Program-made: the position numbers and the translations under genes
Source: Promethearchaeota archaeon
GTDB taxonomy: Archaea; Asgardarchaeota; Lokiarchaeia; Sigyniarchaeales; SOKP01
Direction: 5' to 3'
Length of the DNA: 64,000 bases
Assembly (NCBI GenBank): GCA_019058365.1
Contig: JAHPZE010000004.1
Span: 32,001 to 96,000 of the forward strand
Shown here: positions 29,729 to 41,457 of the stretch, in pieces
Layout: each line of letters starts with the position of its first letter
Position numbering within the stretch: the first letter of the stretch is position 1
The notes under the pieces: generated by a model
Database searches by the model: none
The model's input: only the letters and a program-made list of their open reading frames with translations
What the model was told of the DNA's origin: nothing

Positions 29729-30001
29729 TTAAAGTTGATCAAGAATCTCTTCTCTTATAGCTTTGCCTCTTTTATTTAAAACAATCATTTTTTTATTCTT
29801 GGAGACGCGGAACACATTTATTATAGCCATACTCTCCAACTTCAAAAAAATTTCTTCTAAATTCAATGAATTCACAAAAGGAAATTCCTTTTTTAGAAGT
29901 TCTTCAAGTCTTTTATCTAAAATTTCTCCCTTATTTTTAATTAATATATCAATGATTGAATTAATTACTGGTTTTTGGTTCCAACGAAATGAGTCTTGCA
30001 T
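29729..30001 (-). CDS. Small winged-helix-like protein downstream of cdc48
   Basis: 90 aa; helical pattern ending LKLES.AII.V followed by a beta-hairpin. Confidence 0.55.
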   Translation of the reverse strand: MQDSFRWNQKPVINSIIDILIKNKGEILDKRLEELLKKEFPFVNSLNLEEIFLKLESMAIINVFRVSKNKKMIVLNKRGKAIREEILDQL

Positions 30002-30080
30002 AATTGTCTGATTAAATATTTCTATCTTAATTAAATATTTATAGTTTAAAATGAATATTCTCTAATTAATTTTATTAGTT

Positions 30081-32324
30081 CTAAACAAATAATCGATCTT
30101 CTTTGGATTCTTCTATACTTCTACTTTTTAATTTTTCACCGAATTTTTCATACCATGCTAATGTTTCTTTAGTTAATGTAGGATTAGTAAATTCTCTTGC
30201 TTCTTTAAAATGTTCTAATGAAACTTTTCTTGCTCTAATATTCTCTCTTAAGGCAATCATAGCAGCTTCGCGACACCATGTTTCAATATCTGCTCCAGAA
30301 AAGCCATTAATTAAACTATTCAAATCTTCTACTTTTACATTGCTAGTTAAAGGCATATCTTTAGTAAATATTTTTAAAATTTCCAATCTTCCCTTTTCAT
30401 CCGGAACAGGAACGAGCAATATTCTATCAATTCTTCCGGGGCGAATTAATGCTGGATCTAAAATATCAGGACGATTAGTAGCGGCAATTACAACTATATC
30501 TTTCATTACTTCCAAACCATCTAACTCTGTTAAAAATTGAGATAATACTTTTTCTGTTACACCAGAATCTGATGTATGTCTTCCTCTACTTGGAGCTATC
30601 GAATCAAACTCATCAAAAAAGATAATACATGGAGATGCCATTTTTGCTATACGAAAAACTTCTCTTATTGCCTTCTCAGATTCACCGACCCATTTTGATA
30701 AGAGTTCTGGACCCTTTATTGATATGAAATTTGCTTTACTTTCGGTTGCTACTGCTCTTGCTAACAAAGTTTTACCACAACCTGGTGGGCCATAAAGCAG
30801 AATTCCTTTAGGAGGTGTAATTCCCATACGAGTGAATATATTAGGATGTGATAATGGCCAGTCTACAGCTTCAATTAATTTTTGCTTTAAACTCTCTAAT
30901 CCTCCAACTTGATCCCATGGAACGTTTGGGACTTCTACAAATACCTCTCTTATTCCAGATGGAAGAATTTCTTTTAATGCTTCTTCAAAATCTTCTTTGG
31001 TAACTTCTATTTGTTCTAATAATTCTGGATCAATTACTTCTGATTCCAAATCAATTTTAGGTAAATATCGACGTAATGCAGACATAGCAGCTTCTCGACA
31101 AACAGCAGAAATATCTGCTCCTACGAATCCATGCGTTATTTGTGAAAATTCCTTTAATGAAATCTTTTTATCAAGGGGCATATTTCTAGTATGTATTTGA
31201 AATACTTCTCTCCTGCCTTTCTCATTAGGTACTTTTATCTCAATTTCACGATCAAATCGTCCTGGGCGCCTTAATGCAGAATCTAAACTATTCGGTCTAT
31301 TAGTTGCTCCTATAACAATAACTTTACCTCTTCCATGCAGTCCATCCATCAAGGCAAGTAATTGTGCTACAACTCTACGTTCTACTTCTCCTGTAACAGT
31401 TTCTCGTTTTGGAGCAATAGCATCAATTTCATCTATAAAAATAATAGACGGGCTCTTTTCTTCTGCTTCAATAAAGAGTTTTCGCAATTTTTTTTCAGAT
31501 TCTCCATAAAATTTACTCATAATTTCTGGACCATTTATTGAAATGAAATGTGCTTCACTTTCATTAGCCACGGCTCTAGCTAATAAAGTCTTTCCACACC
31601 CAGGTGGACCTCTTAGAAGAACTCCCTTAGGAGGATCAATTCCTAAACGTTTAAACAACGATGGATGTCGTAATGGCAATTCTACCATTTCTCTAACTCT
31701 CTGAATCTCTTTATCTAAACCTCCAACATCTTCATACGTTATGTAGTGAAGCCCTCTTTCTGCCTCTTCAGTAATTTTATCACTAATATTAAGTATAGTA
31801 TCTTGTTTAATAATGCAAACTCCACTAGGTCGCACGCTTAAAACTTTAAATGTGATCTCTCTACTAATACCAATAGAGATAAATATATAATCATCTACTG
31901 TTATTGGGTAATTGTTTAATTTTCTTTTTACAAAGCTTTCAAATCTAGGATTATTTTTTATCGGGAAATTTGATGGAGCCAATACAACATTTTGAGCAAT
32001 TTCAGCTTTCACTTTTCGAATTTCAACGGTATCATCAATTCTAGTTCCTGTATTTTTTTGAAGCCTAGAATCTACACGCACAATTCCTAATCCATTATCT
32101 TGTGGATAACTTGGCCATGCAATTCCAGCACTTTCTTTCTTTCCATTAACAGATATAACATCACCAGTTTGAATTTTCAACTTTTCCATTGTTTTTGGAT
32201 CAATTCTTATAATATTGCGCCCTATATCTCTTTTTTTAGCCTTCTGAACCCGTAAAGACACATTAGGTATATCTCCATCTTTTTCATCATCTTCCTCTTT
32301 ACCATTATTGCCACTTGATGACAT
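30081..32324 (-). CDS. cdc48: CDC48/VCP AAA+ ATPase
   Basis: N-domain plus two AAA modules (GPPGCGKT twice, [20 protein letters not shown]). Confidence 0.96.
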   Translation of the reverse strand: MSSSGNNGKEEDDEKDGDIPNVSLRVQKAKKRDIGRNIIRIDPKTMEKLKIQTGDVISVNGKKESAGIAWPSYPQDNGLGIVRVDSRLQKNTGTRIDDTVEIRKVKAEIAQNVVLAPSNFPIKNNPRFESFVKRKLNNYPITVDDYIFISIGISREITFKVLSVRPSGVCIIKQDTILNISDKITEEAERGLHYITYEDVGGLDKEIQRVREMVELPLRHPSLFKRLGIDPPKGVLLRGPPGCGKTLLARAVANESEAHFISINGPEIMSKFYGESEKKLRKLFIEAEEKSPSIIFIDEIDAIAPKRETVTGEVERRVVAQLLALMDGLHGRGKVIVIGATNRPNSLDSALRRPGRFDREIEIKVPNEKGRREVFQIHTRNMPLDKKISLKEFSQITHGFVGADISAVCREAAMSALRRYLPKIDLESEVIDPELLEQIEVTKEDFEEALKEILPSGIREVFVEVPNVPWDQVGGLESLKQKLIEAVDWPLSHPNIFTRMGITPPKGILLYGPPGCGKTLLARAVATESKANFISIKGPELLSKWVGESEKAIREVFRIAKMASPCIIFFDEFDSIAPSRGRHTSDSGVTEKVLSQFLTELDGLEVMKDIVVIAATNRPDILDPALIRPGRIDRILLVPVPDEKGRLEILKIFTKDMPLTSNVKVEDLNSLINGFSGADIETWCREAAMIALRENIRARKVSLEHFKEAREFTNPTLTKETLAWYEKFGEKLKSRSIEESKEDRLFV

Positions 32325-32423
32325 GATATATCAACATTAATAAAGTTTTATTTAGATAATTTAAAGAAATCTTAATTTCGTAAAAATTTTTGTATTTATA
32401 TTTTAAAATAAAAATTTAATTTC

Positions 32424-33473
32424 TCATTGAATAAAATCATCTAGGGAGGCTTGCACTTTAGCGTCATTTAATTTTCTTAGCCTATCAAGTGCATTCTCAA
32501 CTCTTTGTTTTGAAAAATTATGTTGTTCAATAAGTAAATCTTCTAATTTTTCAAAATCGATCTTCTTTGGTTTTGGAATCTTATAATCTTTTTTTATATC
32601 AGGATTCAGAAATATTTTTCTAATTTGAGTAACTAATTCCAGATCTAAAAAAATCTCTTTTCCTCCTATCATAACATTATTTTTCAGAATGTACTCTATC
32701 GTATCGTATTTTTTAATCAAGTCTAATGCTGTTTTCTGACCAATACCTTTAATTCCCGGGAAGAAATCTGTACCAATCAAGATTCCCATATCAATCAATT
32801 GTTCTCTAGTGATTCCAAGATTATTTAAGAATTTATTTAATGAGACATATTCTATATCTAAAGTAACTGTTGTATCTCTTACTTTTTTAGTTCGACTTAT
32901 AGCAAAATTTCGAATTAATCGTTCCCCTCCAAATAATAAAGTATCATAATCTTGGGAAGCACATGCCCATGCATCATTATTTTCAACTAGATATGCAGAT
33001 TGAGCTTCTCCCTCAGAACTGGCTTGCACTATCGGAATTCCCATATACTCAATTAATTTTTTACTCTCTTCGATCATCTCAGAATCAAGTTTAGAAGTTA
33101 ATTGAGCAAATTTTTTAGCTTCTTTAAAATCCTCATCATCTTGTGCTTTAATCATTTTCTCCTTAGCTTCTTCTTTAATTTTTTTCCTCTCTCTTACAGT
33201 CTCTATTTTCAATTCAGAAGGAATACCATCAAAAACATAAATTGGTTTAATATTATGCTCTAAAAAGTTAATTGATCTATAAAAAAGTCCTGAAAGATGC
33301 GATGTTACACTTCCCTGAAAATCTTTTAAAGGAGTTCCATCTCTCTGACGTATTATAGCTAAAAATTGATAAATGGTATTAAATGCATCAATAGCTATAC
33401 TTTTTTTAAAGAGGTTTTCAAATGTAATTGTTCTTTTAACTTCATTTACTAATTCATTTATTTTTACGCCCAT
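32424..33473 (-). CDS. fen: Flap endonuclease 1
   Basis: MGV, IDAFN.IYQFL, EGEAQ, SQDYD, GTDF; C-terminal PIP box QASLDDF. Confidence 0.96.
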   Translation of the reverse strand: MGVKINELVNEVKRTITFENLFKKSIAIDAFNTIYQFLAIIRQRDGTPLKDFQGSVTSHLSGLFYRSINFLEHNIKPIYVFDGIPSELKIETVRERKKIKEEAKEKMIKAQDDEDFKEAKKFAQLTSKLDSEMIEESKKLIEYMGIPIVQASSEGEAQSAYLVENNDAWACASQDYDTLLFGGERLIRNFAISRTKKVRDTTVTLDIEYVSLNKFLNNLGITREQLIDMGILIGTDFFPGIKGIGQKTALDLIKKYDTIEYILKNNVMIGGKEIFLDLELVTQIRKIFLNPDIKKDYKIPKPKKIDFEKLEDLLIEQHNFSKQRVENALDRLRKLNDAKVQASLDDFIQ

Positions 33474-33539
33474 ATTTAATTTATTCCCTATTTTCTACAT
33501 CTTCGATAAATATTTATAATACAATTTATATAATCTCTA

Positions 33540-34088
33540 CTAATATATTATATTACTTTTTGGACGCCTTTTCAATTTTGATCCACAAATTTCACATGTT
33601 TTATTTAAGTCTTCAGCTTCATGAATACTTTTGCAATGTGGACAAAATACTTCCCAGTTTATTTTAGATTCAATTCCATCTTTATATAAAGAAGAAAAAG
33701 GAATATTTAACTCAGAACATACATTTTCAATGGAATAATCATTAGAGTACATCTTCACATTTTTATTTGAGTTTTCCGTCAATTCTAAAGTCAATGCTAT
33801 TAATTCCTTATCTACATCTGATAAAGCTTTGAAATCTCCTGTTTTTTTTGATATTTCCCTTACCTTTTCAATGAATTTACTTTCAGGATTTTTTACCATT
33901 AATTTTTTAGTTTCAATTGCAGCATTTATCTTATTTAAAATATTTCTATTTTTTTCAATATATCTATGATCTTTTATTTCCTCAATTATAGAAGGAGTTG
34001 TATAAATCTCAAGGTCAATTAGATTAATATCAATTCCTGTAAGGAAAATATTAGTATCAAAAATATAAATTGAAGCTTTTTTTTTCAT
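33540..34088 (-). CDS. nob1: Nob1 rRNA-processing endonuclease (PIN + Zn ribbon)
   Basis: FDTN, TGD...LS.VD, NDYSIENV, CPHC...CEICGS. Confidence 0.9.
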   Translation of the reverse strand: MKKKASIYIFDTNIFLTGIDINLIDLEIYTTPSIIEEIKDHRYIEKNRNILNKINAAIETKKLMVKNPESKFIEKVREISKKTGDFKALSDVDKELIALTLELTENSNKNVKMYSNDYSIENVCSELNIPFSSLYKDGIESKINWEVFCPHCKSIHEAEDLNKTCEICGSKLKRRPKSNIIY

Positions 34089-34148
34089 AGTACTTATCTT
34101 CAGTAATGAATCATGAAAAATAATCTTTATTCATATTATTTTATGAAG

Positions 34149-35048
34149 TTATTCTTCAGGAGAATCATCAATAGGGACTCTTCTTATAGTACCAATGATT
34201 TTCTTTCTCAAGCGAGTATAATAACTTCCTTTAAACCGAATAAATTTATTTTGAGAATTTGCTTTACGAATCCTAATCTTTGTATTAGGTGCAATTCTTT
34301 TAATGATTTGCTGTCCATCTATTACAATTTTAGCATCTAATCGAGGTCTTAAAAGTTGAATTTCAATTTCAGAATCAATAGGTACAATTAAAGGTTTTAA
34401 ACCAGATCTAGCAAAGCTGTTTAACGGAGTTATCTGCATAATTGTCATATTAGGATTTACTATTGCTCCACCTGCGCTTAAATTATAAGCAGTAGATCCT
34501 GTAGAGGTTGATATTATAACTCCGTCTAAATAACTACGATTCAGAAAAATATTATCAATTTTGATAGATATCTGTAAAACTTTTGAACTTTTAGAAGATA
34601 TTATTAAAACTTCATTTAAAGCATTACTCAACTTAATTTCTCCTGAATTTTTCGCAATATATGCCGTTATTTTGGAACAAACTTCTAAAGTGAATTGACC
34701 ATTTAAAACCTTGGATAAATCTTTGAAAATTATTCTTTCATTAGACTCATCTAAAAAACCTATAGAACCTACATTTACTCCCAGAATGGGAGGTGGATCT
34801 TTTTGAGATAATCCATTAGCAACTCTTAATATTGAGCCATCTCCACCAATAATTATTATGAATTTAATATTCTCTTCACTCATTTCACCAAGATCCATAC
34901 CATTATGCGGAAAAATTTTTGGCGCTATTCTTGTCTCTAAATATACAATTTCACCTTTTTGAACTAAGAAATCGAAAATTCTTCTTGATAATTTAATTGC
35001 TCTCTCGGAATCCAATCTACATGCTAATGCAATCGGTTTTTTTTCCAT
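34149..35048 (-). CDS. nadK: NAD(+) kinase
   Basis: GGDGS, GSIGFL, LNE, DG.IIST.TGSTAYNLSAGG. Confidence 0.93.
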   Translation of the reverse strand: MEKKPIALACRLDSERAIKLSRRIFDFLVQKGEIVYLETRIAPKIFPHNGMDLGEMSEENIKFIIIIGGDGSILRVANGLSQKDPPPILGVNVGSIGFLDESNERIIFKDLSKVLNGQFTLEVCSKITAYIAKNSGEIKLSNALNEVLIISSKSSKVLQISIKIDNIFLNRSYLDGVIISTSTGSTAYNLSAGGAIVNPNMTIMQITPLNSFARSGLKPLIVPIDSEIEIQLLRPRLDAKIVIDGQQIIKRIAPNTKIRIRKANSQNKFIRFKGSYYTRLRKKIIGTIRRVPIDDSPEE

Positions 35049-35124
35049 GACCCTCGGATTTTCTATTCAAATGCTCAAAAAAATTATGGATAATAAAAAT
35101 ATTAATTGGTTTTTTTTTATTTAA

Positions 35125-35553
35125 TTAGTTAGTGAATACCCTATTTATAAGTGTTTTACCTGCTAATTGCCAATACTCTACTTGAGTAGTTGATATTTTG
35201 CTAGGATTTGTTTGAAGCTCCTTTAATTTATTCTTTAGTTCTTCATCCTGAGGCCAATTAACATCAAATGATTCATAAGACTCTAAATTCATAATATTAA
35301 TTGAGAGATCCTCTATAAAATTAATTTGAGCATTTCCTTTAATAATTTCTGGAACTTCGACCATGTGGCCACTTGGGATGGTGAAAGATCGTTTATTATT
35401 ATCAAACATACCAACACACACAACTCTAACTTTAGCATGACCATGTTTCCCGCTTTTTGATCGCTCTATTCCTTTGATCAAACAAGGTTCTTGATCAGAC
35501 ATAATGTACTGCCCTGTTTTTAATTTTTGTATCTCTGTTCTTCTAATAGACAA
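35125..35553 (-). CDS. eif5a: Translation factor aIF-5A
   Basis: Hypusine site SKSGKHGHAK. Confidence 0.95.
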   Translation of the reverse strand: MSIRRTEIQKLKTGQYIMSDQEPCLIKGIERSKSGKHGHAKVRVVCVGMFDNNKRSFTIPSGHMVEVPEIIKGNAQINFIEDLSINIMNLESYESFDVNWPQDEELKNKLKELQTNPSKISTTQVEYWQLAGKTLINRVFTN

Positions 35554-35705
35554 CTATTTTTACACCTTTCTTTAATTATTTTTATCCAAAATATTTTTAA
35601 TTTTGACATTTCTTTTAATTTATAATATAATATATTTTTTCAAAAAAAAATATTAGTTTTTAAGAATAAATTCAAGTACAAAAAAAAAATTAAAATAGAG
35701 ATTTA

Positions 35706-37079
35706 ATGGTATTAGAGAAATTAGGAAGATCCCTAGACACTGCCATCAGAAAGATAAGACGACTTCCATCAATAGATAAAGATGCAATTAATGCCCTTAT
35801 CCAGGAATTACAGAGAGCCTTGCTAAGTGCTGATGTAAAAGTAGAGTTAGTATTTGAAATGACTGAAAATATCAGAAAAGAGGCCATGAACACCAAACTC
35901 CAGAAGGCAAGACGGAGGGATTTCGTGATTAAATTAGTACATGATGAACTTATTAAACTTTTAGGTGGAAAGCCCGCTCCAATACGAATAAAACCTGGAA
36001 AAAAGAATGTGATATTGCTTGTTGGTATCCAAGGTTCAGGAAAAACCACTACCATAGCCAAATTAGCAAAATTTTATAAAAGTAAAGGTTATAAGGTTGG
36101 AGCATTAACAACGGATACTTGGCGCCCAGGAGCTTATGAACAATTAGTACAATTGTCAGATCAGGTGGGCATAAAATGTTACGGAAACCCAAATGAAAAA
36201 AATGCTATTAAAGTTGCTATTCAAGAGACAAAAAGAGCAATGAATGATGGAAATGATATAATAATCGCAGATACTGCTGGTAGACATAAAGAAGAAAAAG
36301 AATTGATGAAAGAAATGGCAATTCTTGAACAAAAGTTAAAACCAAATGAGATAATTTTAGTGATTGATGGTACTCTGGGTCAACAAGCATTTAACCAAGC
36401 CAAGGCATTTGCACAAACAACTAATTTGGGATCAATTATAGTCACAAAATTAGATGGGACCGCTAAAGGGGGTGGAGCTTTGTCAGCGTGCACCGCATCA
36501 AATGTGGGTATTCGTTTCATTGGAGTAGGTGAAAAAATCGATGATTTTGAAGAATTTGATCCATCTAAATTTGTAGGAACTTTACTTGGTATTCCAGATA
36601 TCGAATCTTTAGTTCAAAAAGTACAAGAAGCTGAAGTAGATATTGAACCAGAAATGGTTAAAAGAATGGTTCACGGAAAATTTACTCTTGATGATTTATA
36701 CCTACAATTAAAAAGTATAAAGAAAGTTGGTAAATTTAAACAAATATTGGCCATGATGGGTGGTGGAAATATTCCAGATGCTTTGAAGGAAGATGCCGAA
36801 GCAAACCTTGCAAAATGGGAAGTTGTTCTTAATTCTATGACACAAGAAGAAAAAGAGAACCCAAAAGTCATTAAAAAAACTAGAAAAAGACGAATTGCCA
36901 TAGGGAGTGGTACTAATTACTCAATAATTAATAAAATGTTGGATCAATTTTCACAGATGAAAAAATTCATGAAAAAATTTCTTCAAATGCAAAAAAAAGG
37001 GAAAGGGATGCCCGGGATGCCTGGTTTTCCAGGTGGAAAAGCTGCAACTGATTTTATGAAGAAATTAGGTAAATTTTAA
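35706..37079 (+). CDS. srp54: Signal recognition particle protein SRP54
   Basis: GIQGSGKTT, DTAGR, TKLDGTAKGGG, Met-rich M domain. Confidence 0.96.
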   Translation: MVLEKLGRSLDTAIRKIRRLPSIDKDAINALIQELQRALLSADVKVELVFEMTENIRKEAMNTKLQKARRRDFVIKLVHDELIKLLGGKPAPIRIKPGKKNVILLVGIQGSGKTTTIAKLAKFYKSKGYKVGALTTDTWRPGAYEQLVQLSDQVGIKCYGNPNEKNAIKVAIQETKRAMNDGNDIIIADTAGRHKEEKELMKEMAILEQKLKPNEIILVIDGTLGQQAFNQAKAFAQTTNLGSIIVTKLDGTAKGGGALSACTASNVGIRFIGVGEKIDDFEEFDPSKFVGTLLGIPDIESLVQKVQEAEVDIEPEMVKRMVHGKFTLDDLYLQLKSIKKVGKFKQILAMMGGGNIPDALKEDAEANLAKWEVVLNSMTQEEKENPKVIKKTRKRRIAIGSGTNYSIINKMLDQFSQMKKFMKKFLQMQKKGKGMPGMPGFPGGKAATDFMKKLGKF

Positions 37080-37101
37080 AATTTGATAATAACCCTCATA
37101 T

Positions 37102-37770
37102 TTGATTAATTTGGTTAATTTCTTATTACTAATAGAAAGTATTTCAGACTATTCTAAAAAAGATATTGATATAGGAAGAACCCCACTTGATATATATAGA
37201 CTCAGTTCTTGTATAAGAGAAACATTCTGTTTATCATATAATCTTAGAAAAGAGAATAATCTCTTTTTATACATCCAAAAAAACCATCATCTAATTGAAT
37301 TTAAAGGAAAAAAATTAAAATATTTAGGTCCAGATGAAAGATCTGAAACATTACTTTTAGAGAAAGTGTTAGGCAAAATAAAACAATCTATTATTTATGA
37401 GGATGGGTGGAGAAAATCAACTCCAGGAATTTTTATAAGATGTTTTTCTGATACTATTTCGTTCATTAATTATTATGGATTAATTGCAAACCATCTGAGC
37501 TTTCTTATCATAGATACTATATATGAGGTTAATAAAAAAGTAGAATTTTTCAAATTAAATCAAGATCCCATAGAAATTAAGGATAACGACTTCTTTATAA
37601 TTCCAACTTATACTCTGCAATGTGAGAGCTCCAGCTTTATTGAAATATTCAAAGAACTGAAAAACACAAAACTTATCTCTCTTTCAAAAATTAAATGTGT
37701 AGAAAATAAAATTTTATATATTAATTTTATAAAAGATCAACAAAGAACTCATAAAAACCTAGTTAAATGA
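37102..37770 (+). CDS. Divergent TrmY-like (SPOUT, m1Psi54 tRNA methyltransferase) protein
   Basis: F.LS..LR, LKYLGPDERS, STPGI motifs; follows srp54; C-terminal knot motif degenerate. Confidence 0.55.
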   Translation: MINLVNFLLLIESISDYSKKDIDIGRTPLDIYRLSSCIRETFCLSYNLRKENNLFLYIQKNHHLIEFKGKKLKYLGPDERSETLLLEKVLGKIKQSIIYEDGWRKSTPGIFIRCFSDTISFINYYGLIANHLSFLIIDTIYEVNKKVEFFKLNQDPIEIKDNDFFIIPTYTLQCESSSFIEIFKELKNTKLISLSKIKCVENKILYINFIKDQQRTHKNLVK

Positions 37771-39161
37771 TATTAAAAAATGCTAAGATTTATAATGACG
37801 GTTTGATACATAAGGGAGTTATATATATCAATAACGGAGTAATTAAAAATGTAATATTTGAGCCAAAAGGCCAAGAATTTAAGAAATTAGTCAAAAAGAA
37901 TCAAGATGGTAAAGAAATTGATTGCCAAAATAAATTAATTCTACCAGGAATAATTGATATTCATTCCCATTTACGAGATTTAGGTCAGAGCGAAAAAGAA
38001 ACATTTTTAACTGGAACTAAAGCGGCGGCATTCTCTGGAATAACAACTGTTTTCAATATGCCGAATACAAAACCTCCTGCTATTTCTTCAGAACAAATTA
38101 AGATTTGGATGAAAAAAGCAGAGAACAATATTTATGTGGATGTAGGATTTATAGCTGGAATCCCAAAAGGAATAGATGAAGATGAGATAAAACGTATCAT
38201 TAATTTAGGAGTTATAGGATTTAAGATTTATTCTCTTACTTCTCTTAATGAAATTGATTGGAAAGATTCAAATAACATTCAAATTATTCTTGATATCTCA
38301 TCTAGATACCAAATTCCCTTTTTTATACATGCATCTTATCCTTTATCTGAGGCTGAAAAAGAGCTTATCACACAAGAATATAATATAAGTAATCAAAGTA
38401 TTTTAAGATACCATAATAGCTTGGATCCAGTTAAAGCAGAAGAGAAATATGTTAAATTTGTTATTGAAAATTATAAAAAATACATTAATGTTAATTATTT
38501 AAATCCTAAAAATTATCCAATAATTCACTTTTGTCATATAAGTTGTATTGAAAGTTATCTAATAATTAAGAAAGCACAGAATTCAAATAAAGATTTAAAA
38601 ATAACTTTTGAGGTTACGCCGCATCATCTACTTTTGTCTAATAAGATCACGTTAGTCAATGAGAATTTTGGAAAAGTCCTACCTCCCTTAAGAGAAGAGA
38701 AACATTCTAAATTTTTATTTAATGAACTAAAAAAAGGGGCAATAAAATTAATAGGAACAGATCATGCTCCACACACATTAGAAGAAAAATCTGAAAATTA
38801 TTTTAATGCACCTTCTGGATTCCCAGGGTTTGAAACATATCCCTTATTAATTATCAATAAGATATTTAATTATCAACTTTCTTTAGAGAAATTTGTTAAA
38901 GCAGCTTCAGAAAATCCAGCAAAAATCTTCAATTTAAACAATAAAGGTTTTATTAAAGAAGGATATTGTGCTGATTTATTAATTGTTGATAAAATTCCAG
39001 AATACACGATTAATTCTCAACATTTTAAAACCAAAGCAAAATTTTCGCCATATGAGAACTTTATTACAAATGTTCAAATTTGGAAAGTCTTTTTACGGGG
39101 GATAGAAATCAATATTGAAAATAATATTCCAAGTGGAAAAATTATTAAACGTATGCTATAA
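37767..39161 (+). CDS. pyrC: Dihydroorotase (amidohydrolase family)
   Basis: PG.IDIHSHLR, MPNT.P, EVTPHHL, KV.PPLR, GTDHAPH. Confidence 0.85.
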   Translation: MILKNAKIYNDGLIHKGVIYINNGVIKNVIFEPKGQEFKKLVKKNQDGKEIDCQNKLILPGIIDIHSHLRDLGQSEKETFLTGTKAAAFSGITTVFNMPNTKPPAISSEQIKIWMKKAENNIYVDVGFIAGIPKGIDEDEIKRIINLGVIGFKIYSLTSLNEIDWKDSNNIQIILDISSRYQIPFFIHASYPLSEAEKELITQEYNISNQSILRYHNSLDPVKAEEKYVKFVIENYKKYINVNYLNPKNYPIIHFCHISCIESYLIIKKAQNSNKDLKITFEVTPHHLLLSNKITLVNENFGKVLPPLREEKHSKFLFNELKKGAIKLIGTDHAPHTLEEKSENYFNAPSGFPGFETYPLLIINKIFNYQLSLEKFVKAASENPAKIFNLNNKGFIKEGYCADLLIVDKIPEYTINSQHFKTKAKFSPYENFITNVQIWKVFLRGIEINIENNIPSGKIIKRML

Positions 39162-39220
39162 AATATATATGTCTGAACTGTATAATTATACTTAAATTAA
39201 ATGATTATGGAAACACTAAA

Positions 39221-39853
39221 ATGCTGGATAATGATGAATTTAGCCAAGAAGATGGTAAAATGTTAATACAATTTGCTAGAGATAACATTGAATTTTTTTT
39301 AAAAAATAATAGAAAGATTCCCATTCCAGATGTAATAAAAGAGAAATTTTCTGATAAATATGGTGCATTTGTGACATTAAATAAATATAACGTAATTGGT
39401 AATCCTCTAAGAGGATGTATCGGTTATATTGAACCTACTTATTCTTTATATGATGTAATCCACCGTGTGTCAATAAGTTCAGCAATTGAAGATCCAAGAT
39501 TTCCTTCTGTATCTCTGGATGAGATGGATGAAATAGTAATTGAATTATCAATTTTAACTCCGCCAAAATTGCTTAAAGTAAATGATCCAAAAGAATACAT
39601 CGATAAAATTGTTATTGGAAGAGATGGGCTTATTGTAGAGAAAGGGATGAGAAGAGGTCTACTTCTTCCTCAAGTTCCTATTGATCATGGAAGAAATTGG
39701 GATGTTGAAACTTTTATTTCTCAAACATGTTCAAAAGCTTGGCTTGAAAGTAATGCATGGAAAAATAAAAGCACTAATATATACTCTTTTCAAGCTATTC
39801 TTTTTGAGGAGAAAGAACCACGTGGTGAAGTAATAAGAAAATATCTTAACTAG
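39221..39853 (+). CDS. AMMECR1 domain protein
   Basis: GAFVTL, LRGCIG, DPRF, GRDGL, GLLLPQV. Confidence 0.92.
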   Translation: MLDNDEFSQEDGKMLIQFARDNIEFFLKNNRKIPIPDVIKEKFSDKYGAFVTLNKYNVIGNPLRGCIGYIEPTYSLYDVIHRVSISSAIEDPRFPSVSLDEMDEIVIELSILTPPKLLKVNDPKEYIDKIVIGRDGLIVEKGMRRGLLLPQVPIDHGRNWDVETFISQTCSKAWLESNAWKNKSTNIYSFQAILFEEKEPRGEVIRKYLN

Positions 39854-39928
39854 TATACTATTTTTACTTAAATATCATACATATCTTTTTTATGAAAAAT
39901 GAAGCTTAAAAATGTTATATTGAGATAA

Positions 39929-41440
39929 ATGCTTATGAAAAATTCAGATAAAATAATTTCAGTTGATATTTCTTCTAAGAAAGTTAAGATTGGTATAATT
40001 TCTGATAAATTGGAGTTAGAAACTGTTTCAGTTCAAGAATATGAGACCATCGATGAGGATATTAATGGTTTTGCTAAGAGATTTGATATGAAGGATATTT
40101 GGAATAAAGTTAAATTAGGTATAAAAAATGTTATAAAAGAAAATAAACCTAAAAAAATAATTGGTATATCTTCATGTGGACAAAGGATGGCTACAGTTTT
40201 TTTAGATAAAAAAGGAAATGAGATTTATGGAGGTCCTAACACTGACATGAGAGGTATTGATTCGGCCTATCTCATCGAAGATGAATTCTCAGAGGAAGAA
40301 TTATTCAGCATAACGGCACATAGTCCATTCTTTATGTTCACCCTAGCTCGCTTGTTATGGTTTAAAGAAGAGAAAGGAGTAGAATATGAAAAAATTAGCA
40401 AAATTTTAATGTTAGATGATTGGATTGCCTATAAACTTACTGGAGAGTTTTACACAGATTATACTTCTCTCGGAGAATCTCTCCTTTTTGATATTACTAA
40501 AAAAAGATGGAGTTCGGAAATTATTGAAGCCTTTGACATAAATCCTGGAATACTTCCAGAAATTGTTGAATCCAGCACAGTTATTGGAGACATAAAATTA
40601 GACTTAATAAAGGAATTCGGCATAAATCAAAAAATACTCCCTGTTATAAAAGGATGTGGAGATACGCAGGCTAATTTATTAGGTATGGGCGTAATTGAGG
40701 ATGGAAATATCGGAATTAGCCTAGGGACAACCGCGCCAATACATTTAGTTATTGATAAACCAATCATTGATCCCAACTTAAATTTTTGGACAAACTGCCA
40801 TATAATAAAAGATAAATGGTTGATTGAAGCTAGTACTGGAGGTACGGGTAGGGTGTATGATTGGTTCAAAAATGCGTTTATTTCAGATTCTAAGAGAGAC
40901 GCAAATGAAATTATGGATGAATTTTTAAGTAAAATTAAACCTGGAGCAGGTTCTACTTATGCATTTCTGGGGCCAGAGCTCATGGCAATTAAAAATCAAA
41001 CATCGATCAAGCGAGGGGTATTTATTTTTCCGCCACCTAGCATGATTGGTGAGGAATTGCCAAAATTAGAAAACTTTGCTCAAAGTGCTATTGAAGGTAT
41101 TTGTTTTGGGATTCTTGAAAATTTTCAAGCTTTACTTCAATTTGCCCAATCAGAAATAAAAACATTTTGTTCTGGGGGAATGGCTAAATCTTATGAATTT
41201 TGTAAGATCCTAGTAAATATTCTCAATCAAGAGATTTATGTTCCTAAATTTAAAGATTCTGCGTTTCTTGGTTGTGCAATAAATACCTTAATTGGTTTAA
41301 AATTATATCAAGATTATAGCACTATTGTTAATAATTTGATAAAACTCGAAAAATTCTCAGTTGAAACGCAGATATCAATTAAATATAAAAATATCTTCAA
41401 GGAATGGAAGAATTTAAAGAGACAGATGTCCAAATTATAG
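39929..41440 (+). CDS. FGGY-family carbohydrate kinase (LsrK-like)
   Basis: CGQR, PNTDMRG, RLLWFKE, GDTQ, GTTAP, SGG. Confidence 0.8.
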   Translation: MLMKNSDKIISVDISSKKVKIGIISDKLELETVSVQEYETIDEDINGFAKRFDMKDIWNKVKLGIKNVIKENKPKKIIGISSCGQRMATVFLDKKGNEIYGGPNTDMRGIDSAYLIEDEFSEEELFSITAHSPFFMFTLARLLWFKEEKGVEYEKISKILMLDDWIAYKLTGEFYTDYTSLGESLLFDITKKRWSSEIIEAFDINPGILPEIVESSTVIGDIKLDLIKEFGINQKILPVIKGCGDTQANLLGMGVIEDGNIGISLGTTAPIHLVIDKPIIDPNLNFWTNCHIIKDKWLIEASTGGTGRVYDWFKNAFISDSKRDANEIMDEFLSKIKPGAGSTYAFLGPELMAIKNQTSIKRGVFIFPPPSMIGEELPKLENFAQSAIEGICFGILENFQALLQFAQSEIKTFCSGGMAKSYEFCKILVNILNQEIYVPKFKDSAFLGCAINTLIGLKLYQDYSTIVNNLIKLEKFSVETQISIKYKNIFKEWKNLKRQMSKL

Positions 41441-41457
41441 ATATCTAACCTAAAATC

